Positions 51,298-59,506 of a stretch of 64,000 bases of DNA are shown piece by piece. Made by a program: the position numbers and the translations under genes. Positions within the stretch are counted from its first letter, which is position 1. The number at the start of each line of letters is the position of its first letter. The notes below the pieces were generated by a model. That model was not told the origin of the DNA, did no database searches, and saw nothing but the letters and a program-made list of their open reading frames with translations. Origin of the DNA: Candidatus Methylomirabilia bacterium (GTDB taxonomy: Bacteria; Methylomirabilota; Methylomirabilia; Rokubacteriales; CSP1-6); the NCBI GenBank assembly GCA_041492755.1, contig JBGPXN010000003.1, positions 1-64,000 of the forward strand, read 5' to 3'.

Positions 51298-52359
51298 ATG
51301 AGCCTGGACGATTGGCGTTCCAGGATCAATGATCTAGACAACCAAATCCTCACCCTCCTCAACCAGCGCGCCGAGGCCGCCCTCAAGATCGGAGACCTCA
51401 AACGACGGCGGGATACGCCGTCGTATGCCCCGGAGCGCGAGGCCGAGATCGTCACCCGACTGGGCGGGCTCAACCGAGGGCCGCTACCGGCGGAGACGGT
51501 GCGCGCGGTGTGGCGCGAGATCCTCTCGGGCTGCCGCGCGCTCGAAGCGCCGCTCACCATCGCGTACCTGGGGCCGCGGGCGACGTTCACTCACCAGGCG
51601 GCCCGGCAGCATTTCGGCGCGAGCGTGGACTACCTGCCGTCGCGCACGATCGCCGACATCTTCGAGGACGTCGAGCGAGGGGCCGCACAGTTCGGCGTGG
51701 TGCCGGTCGAGAACAGTACCGAGGGCACGGTCAACGTGACGCTCGACCGCCTCATCGACACCGAGATGCGGATCTGCGGCGAGCTCTATCTCGCCATCGC
51801 CCAGAATCTGTTGTCCGGGGCGCGTGAGCTGAGCGACGTCAAGACCGTCATGTCGCATCCGCAGGGGATCGCGCAGTGCCGCAACTGGCTGGCCGCGAAC
51901 CTGCCGGACGTGCCCGCGCAGGAAGTCGCGTCCACCGCGGGCGCCGCCGAGCTGGCCGCGAGCGACGCCACGGTGGCGGCCATCGCTTCCGAGCTGGCGG
52001 GGGAGCTTTACGGCGTGCCCGTGCTGCGGGCCCGCATCGAGGACAACCCGAACAACTCCACGCGTTTCCTCGTGCTGGGGCGCCGGGTGCCGGGGCCGAC
52101 CGGCCGCGACAAGACGTCGATCCTCTTCGCCATGCGCAACGAACCGGGCGTGCTGTTCCGGATCCTGGAGCCACTCGCCCGTCGCGGTTTGAATTTGACC
52201 AAGATCGAGTCCCGCCCGGCCAAGCAGCGGCCCTGGGAGTACGTGATGTTCCTCGACCTCGAGGGGCATCACGAAACGCCCGAGGTGGCGGCCGCTCTCG
52301 GCGAGGTGCGCGAGCGAACGCTCTTCTTCAAGGTGCTCGGCTCGTACCCGGCGGGATAA
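51298..52359 (+). CDS. pheA: Chorismate mutase / prephenate dehydratase
   Basis: N-terminal CM domain, YLGP, VPVENSTEG, SHPQ, NSTRF, LTKIESRP, LGSYP. Confidence 0.96.
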   Translation: MSLDDWRSRINDLDNQILTLLNQRAEAALKIGDLKRRRDTPSYAPEREAEIVTRLGGLNRGPLPAETVRAVWREILSGCRALEAPLTIAYLGPRATFTHQAARQHFGASVDYLPSRTIADIFEDVERGAAQFGVVPVENSTEGTVNVTLDRLIDTEMRICGELYLAIAQNLLSGARELSDVKTVMSHPQGIAQCRNWLAANLPDVPAQEVASTAGAAELAASDATVAAIASELAGELYGVPVLRARIEDNPNNSTRFLVLGRRVPGPTGRDKTSILFAMRNEPGVLFRILEPLARRGLNLTKIESRPAKQRPWEYVMFLDLEGHHETPEVAAALGEVRERTLFFKVLGSYPAG

Positions 52360-52368
52360 GGAGACGGC

Positions 52369-53481
52369 ATGCACACGCAGTGGGAGTCCCTGGCCAACGA
52401 GCACATTCTCGGCATCGCGCCCTACGAGCCGGGGAAGCCGATCGAGGAGCTGGAGCGCGAGCTGGGCATCAGCGACGCGATCAAGCTCGCGTCCAATGAA
52501 AACCCGCTGCCCCCTTCCGACCGCGTGCAGCGGGCGATCGCGGCCGCCCTGCCCATGCTCAACCGATATCCCGACGGCAGCGGGTTCTATCTGCGACAAG
52601 CGCTCGCCAAGAAGCACGGGGTGATGCCGGAGCAGGTGACCCTCGGCAACGGCTCCAACGAGCTGATCGAGCTGCTCGCGCGCACGTTCCTGCGCCCCGG
52701 CGACGAGGCGATCGTGCCGCACCCGTCCTTCGTCGTCTATCCGATGATCGTTCAGGCCGCCGGCGGCATCCGCGTAATGGTCATGCTCAAGGATTACCGC
52801 ATCGATCTGGAGGCGATGGCCCGCGCCATCACGCCGCTCACCAAGATGGTCTTCATCGCCAACCCGAACAACCCGACGGCGACCATCGTGACCGCGACCG
52901 AGGTGGAGCACTTCATGGCGCGGGTTCCGGAGCGGGCCATCGTGGTGTTCGACGAGGCGTACATCGAGTTCGCGCTGGGCTCCGACTTCCCGGACATGCT
53001 GTCGTACGTCAAGCAGGGCCGCAAGGTCGTCGTGCTCCGGACGTTCTCCAAGGCGACCAGCCTGGCCGGCCTGCGGGTCGGCTACGGCATCGCCGATGCC
53101 GACGCCGTCGCCCTCATGAACCGCATCCGCCAACCGTTCAACGTGAACGCGCTCGCGCAGGTGGCCGCCCTGGCCGCGCTCGAGGACGACGGGCACGTCC
53201 TCGAGTGCGTGCGGATGATCGAGGCCGGGCGCCACTTCCTCTACGACGAGTTCAACGGTCTCGGCATCAAGTACGTCCCGGCCCGCGCCAACTTCATCCT
53301 GGTCGACGTGGGGCGCAGCGCCGCCGACATCTACCAGGCGCTCCTGCACGACGGTGTCATCGTGCGGCCCCTCACCGCGTTCGGGATGGAGACGGCCCTG
53401 CGCATCACGGTCGGCACACCGGAGGAGAACCGCAAGCTCGTCAAGGCGCTGCGCAAAGTGCTGGGGACGCGCAAAAGTTGA
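52369..53481 (+). CDS. hisC: Histidinol-phosphate / aromatic aminotransferase
   Basis: KLASNENP, GNGSNE, NPNNPT, DEAY, RTFSK..LAGLRVGY. Confidence 0.93.
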   Translation: MHTQWESLANEHILGIAPYEPGKPIEELERELGISDAIKLASNENPLPPSDRVQRAIAAALPMLNRYPDGSGFYLRQALAKKHGVMPEQVTLGNGSNELIELLARTFLRPGDEAIVPHPSFVVYPMIVQAAGGIRVMVMLKDYRIDLEAMARAITPLTKMVFIANPNNPTATIVTATEVEHFMARVPERAIVVFDEAYIEFALGSDFPDMLSYVKQGRKVVVLRTFSKATSLAGLRVGYGIADADAVALMNRIRQPFNVNALAQVAALAALEDDGHVLECVRMIEAGRHFLYDEFNGLGIKYVPARANFILVDVGRSAADIYQALLHDGVIVRPLTAFGMETALRITVGTPEENRKLVKALRKVLGTRKS

Positions 53482-54329
53482 TCCAGCGGCTCGCCGTTCT
53501 CGGTCTCGGCCTGCTCGGCGGCTCCGTCGCCAAGGCCGTGCGCGCGGCCGGCCTCGCGCGCGAGATCGTCGGCATCGGCCGGGACACCGCCCGGCTCGAG
53601 CCGGCGCGGCGTGACGGCACTGTCGACCACGTCACCACCGACATCGCGGCGGGCGTCCGCGGCGCCGACGTCGTCGTCCTCGCCACCACCGTCGACGCCA
53701 TCGAGCGCCAGCTGGAGACGGTGGCGCGCGCGGTGGAGGCGGACGCGCTCGTCACCGACGTGGGCTCGACGAAGGCCGGCATCGTCGCCGTGGCCGAACG
53801 CCTGGCCGCCGGGCGGCCGCTTTCGTTCGTCGGGAGCCATCCCATGGCGGGCTCCGAACAGGCCGGCTACGCGGTGTCCCGTGCGGATCTCTTCCGCGGC
53901 GCCACCGTCATCGTCACCCCGACCGACCAGACGCCGCCGGCGCTGGTCAAGAACGCGGGCGCGTTCTGGGAGTCGCTCGGCGCCGGCCGCATCGTACAGC
54001 TCGATCCGCGGGCCCACGATCGTGCGGTGGCCGCCATCAGCCATCTGCCGCACGTGGCCGCGTTCGCGTTGGTCGATGCGGTGGCGCGTTTCGAGCCTGG
54101 CGCGTTCGAGGTCGCCGCGCGCGGCTTCAAGGACACCACCCGCATCGCGGCCTCGGATCCCGAGGTGTGGCGCACGATCCTCCTCGCCAACCGCGCCGCC
54201 GTCGTGGACAGCCTGGCCGTGTTCCGCGAAGCGCTCGACGCGCTCGAGCGGCTCATCGCGACCGGTGACGCGGCTGCGCTGCAGGCCGCGATCGCGCGCG
54301 TCAAGGCACAGCGGGAGGCGCTGCGGTGA
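53478..54329 (+). CDS. tyrA: Prephenate/arogenate dehydrogenase (TTG start)
   Basis: TTGA overlap with hisC; GLGLLGGS, TDVGSTK, HPMAGSE, HD..A.ISHLPH, GFKDTTRIA. Confidence 0.93.
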   Translation: MIQRLAVLGLGLLGGSVAKAVRAAGLAREIVGIGRDTARLEPARRDGTVDHVTTDIAAGVRGADVVVLATTVDAIERQLETVARAVEADALVTDVGSTKAGIVAVAERLAAGRPLSFVGSHPMAGSEQAGYAVSRADLFRGATVIVTPTDQTPPALVKNAGAFWESLGAGRIVQLDPRAHDRAVAAISHLPHVAAFALVDAVARFEPGAFEVAARGFKDTTRIAASDPEVWRTILLANRAAVVDSLAVFREALDALERLIATGDAAALQAAIARVKAQREALR

Positions 54330-54448
54330 GGCGGATCTCGCCGGCCGTCCTTTTGCTCGTCGCAGGGCACGTTGGGTGGGAGGCGGCGATCGGGGTGACC
54401 GAGGGGGGGGGGACGTGGACCGGACTGCCGATGGAGACGTGGCGGTGA
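54326..54448 (+). other. 40-codon small ORF bridging tyrA and cmk (possible aroA remnant)
   Basis: GTG overlaps the tyrA TGA and its own TGA overlaps the cmk GTG; MRRISPAVLLLVAGHVGWEAAIGVTEGGGTWTGLPMETWR; contains G10. Confidence 0.4.
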
Positions 54449-55128
54449 CCATGGTCGGCACGCGTGCCTGCGTCATCGCCATCGACGGTCCGGCCGGGGC
54501 GGGGAAGAGCACGGCGGCTGGCTTGCTGGCCCGTCGGCTCGGCTACCGACTCATCGACACCGGCGCCATGTACCGCGCGCTGGCGTGGAGCGTGGCCCGG
54601 GCCGGGCTTCAGCCCCAGGATAGCCCCGCGTTGCGGCAACATCTCGACCGGGTGAAGATCGACGTCGTCGGTGAGCGGGTCCTCGTCGACGGCGTGGACG
54701 TCGGCGGCGAGATCCGTACGCCGGCGATCAGTGGACTGACCTCGCGGCTCACGACCCTGCCGTCCGTGCGCGACAAGGTGACGCCACTGCAGCGCAAGCT
54801 GGCTGCCGCCGGGGGCGTCGTCCTCGAAGGCCGCGATATCGGCACCGTGGTGTGTCCGGACGCCGACGTGAAGTTTTTCCTGGAGGCGTCGCTCGAGGAA
54901 CGCGCGCGCCGCCGTCACGCCGAGCTGGGCGAGCGCGGTGGGACGATGCCCCTCGAGCGTGTCCGCGAGGACCTGGCCGCGCGCGATGCCCAGGACCGGA
55001 CCCGCGCGGTAGCGCCGCTCGTCAAGGCCGACGACGCCATCACCGTGGACAGCACCGATCGGACACCGGAGCAGGTCGTCGAGCTCATGCTCCAGGCGAT
55101 CGAGCGACAATGCTGTACCCAATTCTAA
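54445..55128 (+). CDS. cmk: Cytidylate kinase
   Basis: IAIDGPAGAGKST, DTGAMYRA, EGRDIGTVV, RD..D..R..APL; start GTG 54445 or ATG 54451. Confidence 0.96.
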   Translation: MTMVGTRACVIAIDGPAGAGKSTAAGLLARRLGYRLIDTGAMYRALAWSVARAGLQPQDSPALRQHLDRVKIDVVGERVLVDGVDVGGEIRTPAISGLTSRLTTLPSVRDKVTPLQRKLAAAGGVVLEGRDIGTVVCPDADVKFFLEASLEERARRRHAELGERGGTMPLERVREDLAARDAQDRTRAVAPLVKADDAITVDSTDRTPEQVVELMLQAIERQCCTQF

Positions 55129-55832
55129 AATGGATGGCCGTGCGGGCGATGCGCCTGCTCTTTCGGGTGCGGGCGTACGGGCAGCACGAAATTCCCCGGA
55201 CCGGAGCGGTCCTGCTCGTCGCCAACCACTCGAGCCTCGTCGACCCGCCCGCGATCGGGGGACTGACCCCGCGGCCGGTCACGTTCCTGGCGAAAGCCGA
55301 GTTGTTCAGCATCCCATTCCTGGGCTGGCTGATCACCCGCCTCAATGCGCGCCCGTTGCGGCGCGCCGGCGCGGATCCGTCCGCGCTACGCCTCGCGCTG
55401 CGCGTGCTCCAGGAGCAGGGCGTGCTGCTCGTGTTCCCGGAAGGCACGCGAGGTGACGAGGGGGTGCTTCGTCCGGCCAAGGCGGGTGCGGGCATGCTGG
55501 CGCTGCTGAGCGGCGCGGCGGTGGTACCCGTGTACATCGCCGGATCGGGGCGGGCGTGGCCGCGCGGACGCTGGCTCCCACGGCCTTGCCGGATCACGGT
55601 ATGCTTTGGGGCACCCCTGCGCTTCGAGCGCCACGACGGCCACAGCCGGAAGGAGAACTATGAGGCGGCAAGCGCCGAGATGATGTCGGCCATCGCGCGC
55701 CTCCGGGACACCGCCGCCTCCCGCGGCGGGATCGCTTTGTCCCCTGAAGCGGATCGCGCAGTCGGCGGGATGGGTGTGGGAGGACCCCAGGTCGCGCCCA
55801 AATACTCAGAGGAAAGGAACGTGCAGCAATGA
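55110..55832 (+). CDS. plsC: 1-acyl-sn-glycerol-3-phosphate acyltransferase
   Basis: NHSSLVD (HX4D), FLAKAELF, FPEGTR. Confidence 0.9.
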   Translation: MLYPILKWMAVRAMRLLFRVRAYGQHEIPRTGAVLLVANHSSLVDPPAIGGLTPRPVTFLAKAELFSIPFLGWLITRLNARPLRRAGADPSALRLALRVLQEQGVLLVFPEGTRGDEGVLRPAKAGAGMLALLSGAAVVPVYIAGSGRAWPRGRWLPRPCRITVCFGAPLRFERHDGHSRKENYEAASAEMMSAIARLRDTAASRGGIALSPEADRAVGGMGVGGPQVAPKYSEERNVQQ

Positions 55833-57559
55833 TGAAGGACGAACCGCGTGAGCCTCTCGGTCGAGGTGGAAGGGAGGGCGGAGAAGACATCGCCGAGGAA
55901 CGGATGGAGGAGTGGTACGACACCGGTGTCGCCGAGTTCGAGGAAGGTGAGGTCGTTCGGGGCCGCGTCGTGCACGTGGGAAGCGGTGAGGTCCTCGTCG
56001 ACGTCGGCTACAAGAGCGAGGGCGCCATTCCGATCGAGGAGTTCCACCGGGGCGAGCTTCCCCGGGTCGGGGACGAGATCGACGTCTACCTCGAGGCGAA
56101 GGAAGACTCGGAAGGCCTGATCGTCCTCTCCAAGGACAAGGCGGACAAGATCAAGGTCTGGGACGCGATCACCCAGGCCTACGAGAAGGGCTCGCCGGTG
56201 GAAGGCCGCGTGGTCGAGGTCGTCAAGGGTGGCCTCGCCGTGGACGTGGGCGTGAAGGCGTTTCTCCCCGGTTCCCAGGTCGACGTCCGTCCGGTGAAGA
56301 ACCTCGCCTCGCTGATGGGTCAGACCATCCGGGCCAAGGTCATCAAGCTCAATCGCCGGCGGGGCAACGTCGTGCTGTCGCGCCGCACGGTGCTGGAGGA
56401 GGAGCGGGACGAAAAGCGCAAGCACACGCTGGAGGTCCTGCACGAGGGCCTCGTGCTCACCGGCACGGTGAAGAACATCACCGACTACGGCGCGTTCATC
56501 GACCTCGGCGGCATCGACGGCCTGCTGCACGTGACCGACATGTCGTGGGGCCGGGTCGGCCACCCCTCCGAGCTCTTCCAGGTCGGCGACCAGGTGGAGG
56601 TCGTGGTGCTGCACTTCGACCGCGAGAGCGGGCGCGTGTCCCTGGGCTACAAGCAGAAGTCGTCGGATCCCTGGGAGCACGTCGAGCAGACGTACCAGGC
56701 CGGCACCAAGACCAAGGGGCGGGTCGTCAGCCTCACGAACTACGGTGCCTTCGTCGAGCTGGAGCCCGGGGTGGAGGGGCTCGTGCACGTCTCCGAGATG
56801 TCGTGGACGCGGCGCGTGCGTCACCCCTCGAAGATCGTCAACGTGGGGGACGAGGTCGACGTGGTCGTGCTCGACGTCAACCGCGCGGCCAAGCGGATCT
56901 CGCTCGGCATGAAGCAGGCCGAGGTCGATCCCTGGACGACGATCGACCAGCGCTACCGGCCGGGCGACCGGGTGCAGGGTCGCGTGCGCAACCTCACCGA
57001 CTTCGGCGCATTCATCGAGCTCGAGCCGGGCGTGGACGGTCTGCTGCACATCTCGGACATGTCGTGGACGCGCAACGTCGGGCACCCCTCGGAATTGCTC
57101 AAGAAGGGGCAAGACCTCGAGACCCAGATCCTGAACATCGATCGCGACAACAAGCGGATCTCGCTTGGGCTCAAGCAGATCCAGCCGGATCCGTGGACCA
57201 CGGTGGCCCAGCGCTACCCGATGGGCTCGCGCGTGACCGGCAAGGTCGTCCGACTCACCGACTTCGGGGCCTTCGTGGAGCTCGAACCGGGGGTGGACGG
57301 CTTGCTGCACATCTCGCAGATGTCGAGCCGGCCGATCGCCACTCCGGCCGAGGTCGTGAACGTGGGTGACGAGCTGACCCTGCTCGTGATCCGCGCCGAC
57401 GCCCACGAGCGGCGCATCGGGCTGAGCCTGAAGGAGCTCGCGCACGCCGTCGACATGTCGCGCGAGGTGGAGGAGCAACGTGGTGCCGGCCATGCGCGTG
57501 GCCGAAAGGGTGGCGGGCGTCGGCAGCGCACCGACTACGACGACGACGAGGAGGAATAG
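55829..57559 (+). CDS. rpsA: 30S ribosomal protein S1 (six S1 domains)
   Basis: DVGYKSEG, FLPGSQ, repeated YGAF/FGAF..DGLLH..DMSW and RISLG motifs. Confidence 0.98.
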   Translation: MMKDEPREPLGRGGREGGEDIAEERMEEWYDTGVAEFEEGEVVRGRVVHVGSGEVLVDVGYKSEGAIPIEEFHRGELPRVGDEIDVYLEAKEDSEGLIVLSKDKADKIKVWDAITQAYEKGSPVEGRVVEVVKGGLAVDVGVKAFLPGSQVDVRPVKNLASLMGQTIRAKVIKLNRRRGNVVLSRRTVLEEERDEKRKHTLEVLHEGLVLTGTVKNITDYGAFIDLGGIDGLLHVTDMSWGRVGHPSELFQVGDQVEVVVLHFDRESGRVSLGYKQKSSDPWEHVEQTYQAGTKTKGRVVSLTNYGAFVELEPGVEGLVHVSEMSWTRRVRHPSKIVNVGDEVDVVVLDVNRAAKRISLGMKQAEVDPWTTIDQRYRPGDRVQGRVRNLTDFGAFIELEPGVDGLLHISDMSWTRNVGHPSELLKKGQDLETQILNIDRDNKRISLGLKQIQPDPWTTVAQRYPMGSRVTGKVVRLTDFGAFVELEPGVDGLLHISQMSSRPIATPAEVVNVGDELTLLVIRADAHERRIGLSLKELAHAVDMSREVEEQRGAGHARGRKGGGRRQRTDYDDDEEE

Positions 57560-57566
57560 GTAGACC

Positions 57567-58454
57567 GTGGGCCGGCGGGCGAGCGTCCTCGCCCTCGCGC
57601 TGCTCCTTTACATCGGCGTCGCAGGCCTGTTCCTCCTCAGCGTCTCGGCGCTGGGGTCGGGGTGGGAGGCCGGCTTCGGCTTCGGTCCCCGCGTGGCCGT
57701 GGTCGAGGTCGAGGGCATGATCGTGGACGCGGAAGAGATCCTTCGCGACCTCAAGGCGCACCGCGAGAACCCGCTCGTCCGTGCGGTGGTGATTCGCATC
57801 AACAGCCCCGGCGGGGTGGTGGCGCCCACGCAGGAGATCTATCAAGCGGTCCAGCGCGTGCGTGAGGCGGGTAAGCCGGTGGTCGCCTCGCTGGGCTCGG
57901 TGGCGGCATCCGGCGGCTACTACATCGCCGCCGCCGCCAACGAGATCTACGCGAACCCCGGCACGCTCACCGGCTCGATCGGCGTCATCATGCAGCTCGC
58001 CAACGTCGAGAGCTTGATGAAGAAGATCGGTGTCGAGTGGGTCGTGGTGAAGGCGGGGGCGTTCAAGGATCTCGGCAACGTCGGGCGCCCGATGACGCCC
58101 GAGGAGCGGCGCGTGCTGCAAGCACTGCTCGATGACGTCCACGGCCAGTTCATCGCCGCCGTCGCGGAGGGGCGCAAGCTCGACCGCGCCGAGGTCGTGC
58201 GCTTCGCCGACGGGCGCGTGTTCACCGGTGCGCAGGCGCAGTCGCTCAAGATGGTGGACAAGCTCGGCGGCTTCGAAGACGCCATCGACGCCGCTGGCCG
58301 CCTTGCCGGCCTTGCCGCGCCGCCCCGCGTGATACCGCCCCGCCGGCGCTTCTCGATCTTCGATCTGGTGAAAAACCAGATAGGTCTCCCGTATCCCTCC
58401 GCGCTCACTCGCTCGCTTCCGGTGTTCAAGACGCCGCTCTACCTCATGGAGTAG
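57567..58454 (+). CDS. sppA: Signal peptide peptidase SppA (36K type)
   Basis: RINSPGG, VAASGGYY, TGSIGV, DGRVFTG.QA. Confidence 0.95.
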   Translation: MGRRASVLALALLLYIGVAGLFLLSVSALGSGWEAGFGFGPRVAVVEVEGMIVDAEEILRDLKAHRENPLVRAVVIRINSPGGVVAPTQEIYQAVQRVREAGKPVVASLGSVAASGGYYIAAAANEIYANPGTLTGSIGVIMQLANVESLMKKIGVEWVVVKAGAFKDLGNVGRPMTPEERRVLQALLDDVHGQFIAAVAEGRKLDRAEVVRFADGRVFTGAQAQSLKMVDKLGGFEDAIDAAGRLAGLAAPPRVIPPRRRFSIFDLVKNQIGLPYPSALTRSLPVFKTPLYLME

Positions 58455-58456
58455 TG

Positions 58457-58531
58457 ACATGGGGGGCCCCGATATGGCCCCCCATACCCCCCGCCGCTCG
58501 GAGCGCCCCGGGAAACCCGGGGCGCTCCTCG
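58457..58531. repeat. Modular GC-rich palindromic repeat, copy 2 (intergenic)
   Basis: ATGGGGGGCC-ccgatat-GGCCCCCCAT followed by GGAGCGCCCCGGG-aaa-CCCGGGGCGCTCC, matching the modules in scpB. Confidence 0.9.
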
Positions 58532-58655
58532 TTCTCGGTTACTCCGACAGGCTGCTGGGGTAGGGCGGGCCGCGTCGGGGCCCCTGCGCCTCCGGCGCTC
58601 GGAGTCCGCCTGCCCTCCTCGGTCTGCCTGGGTGACCCCTAACTTGCTGCGGAAG

Positions 58656-58685
58656 TTGACATTCTCGCGGATTGCATGCTAGGGT
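58656..58685 (+). promoter_or_regulatory. Promoter TTGACA-N18-TAGGGT (extended TGn) for ihfB
   Basis: Perfect -35 at 58656-58661; TG at 58677-58678, -10 at 58680-58685. Confidence 0.7.
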
Positions 58686-58728
58686 TCGTTCTGGCTCGAA
58701 CACGCGGAATCACCGTGACGGAGCGATG

Positions 58729-59004
58729 ATGACGAAAGCCGAGTTGATCGACGAGGTCTCCCGGATCGCGAATCTGACCAAGAAGGAGACCGAGACGATC
58801 GTCAACACCATCTTCGACAACATCACCGAGGCGCTCGCGACTGGTGACAAGGTCGAGTTGCGGGGCTTCGGCAGCTTCCGCATCCGTCATCGCAATTCCC
58901 GCAAGGGCCGGAATCCCAAGACCGGATCTCCCGTCGACGTCCCGCAGAAGCGGGTGCCCTTCTTCAAGGTGGGCAAGCGACTGCGCGAGCTCGTGAACAC
59001 GTGA
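58729..59004 (+). CDS. ihfB: Integration host factor beta / HU family DNA-binding protein
   Basis: MTKAELI, VELRGFGSF, GRNPKTG, PFFK.GK.LRELVN; rpsA-sppA-ihfB synteny. Confidence 0.9.
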   Translation: MTKAELIDEVSRIANLTKKETETIVNTIFDNITEALATGDKVELRGFGSFRIRHRNSRKGRNPKTGSPVDVPQKRVPFFKVGKRLRELVNT

Positions 59005-59020
59005 GGCGACGCCTGGCGGC

Positions 59021-59506
59021 GTGACGAAGCGCCTCTGGGCCCCCTGGCGGATGGCCTACATCGGGAGCGCCAGGGCCGCCGCCGGTTGCGTCTTCTGCGA
59101 GGCTCTATCCCGCACCGACGACCGCGCGAGCCTCGTCCTCACGCGCGGTGACCGGGCCTACCTGATCCTCAACGCGTATCCCTATACGTCCGGTCACCTC
59201 ATGGCCGTGATCAATCGCCACGTCGGCGACGTGACCCAGGCCACCGCCGAGGAGTGGGCGGCGGTGATGGGATTGGCCGCGACGGCCGCGGGCGCGCTCA
59301 GTGCCGAGTACGGCGCCGACGGGTTCAACATCGGGATCAACCAGGGACGGGTGGCGGGCGCGGGCATCGAGGGCCACCTGCACGTGCACGTCGTTCCACG
59401 CTGGCACGGCGATTCCAACTTCATGGGCGTGGTCGGCGACGTGCGCGTGCTGCCGGAGGCGCTCGAGCAGACCTGGAAACGGCTCAAGGCGCGGCTGCAT
59501 GGCTGA
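59021..59506 (+). CDS. HIT family hydrolase
   Basis: LWAPWR..YI, CVFC, LNAYPY.SGH, HLHVHVVPRW. Confidence 0.92.
   Translation: MTKRLWAPWRMAYIGSARAAAGCVFCEALSRTDDRASLVLTRGDRAYLILNAYPYTSGHLMAVINRHVGDVTQATAEEWAAVMGLAATAAGALSAEYGADGFNIGINQGRVAGAGIEGHLHVHVVPRWHGDSNFMGVVGDVRVLPEALEQTWKRLKARLHG

Noticed and set aside
51059..51301. 80-aa ORF across the rluB-pheA gap (and 58454-58642, 62 aa)
   Set aside because: These are translations of the palindromic elements and promoter DNA, with no SD or protein-like features.
49690..58531. Repeated palindromes as a possible CRISPR array
   Set aside because: There are only two copies, about 8.7 kb apart, with no regular spacers and no cas genes.
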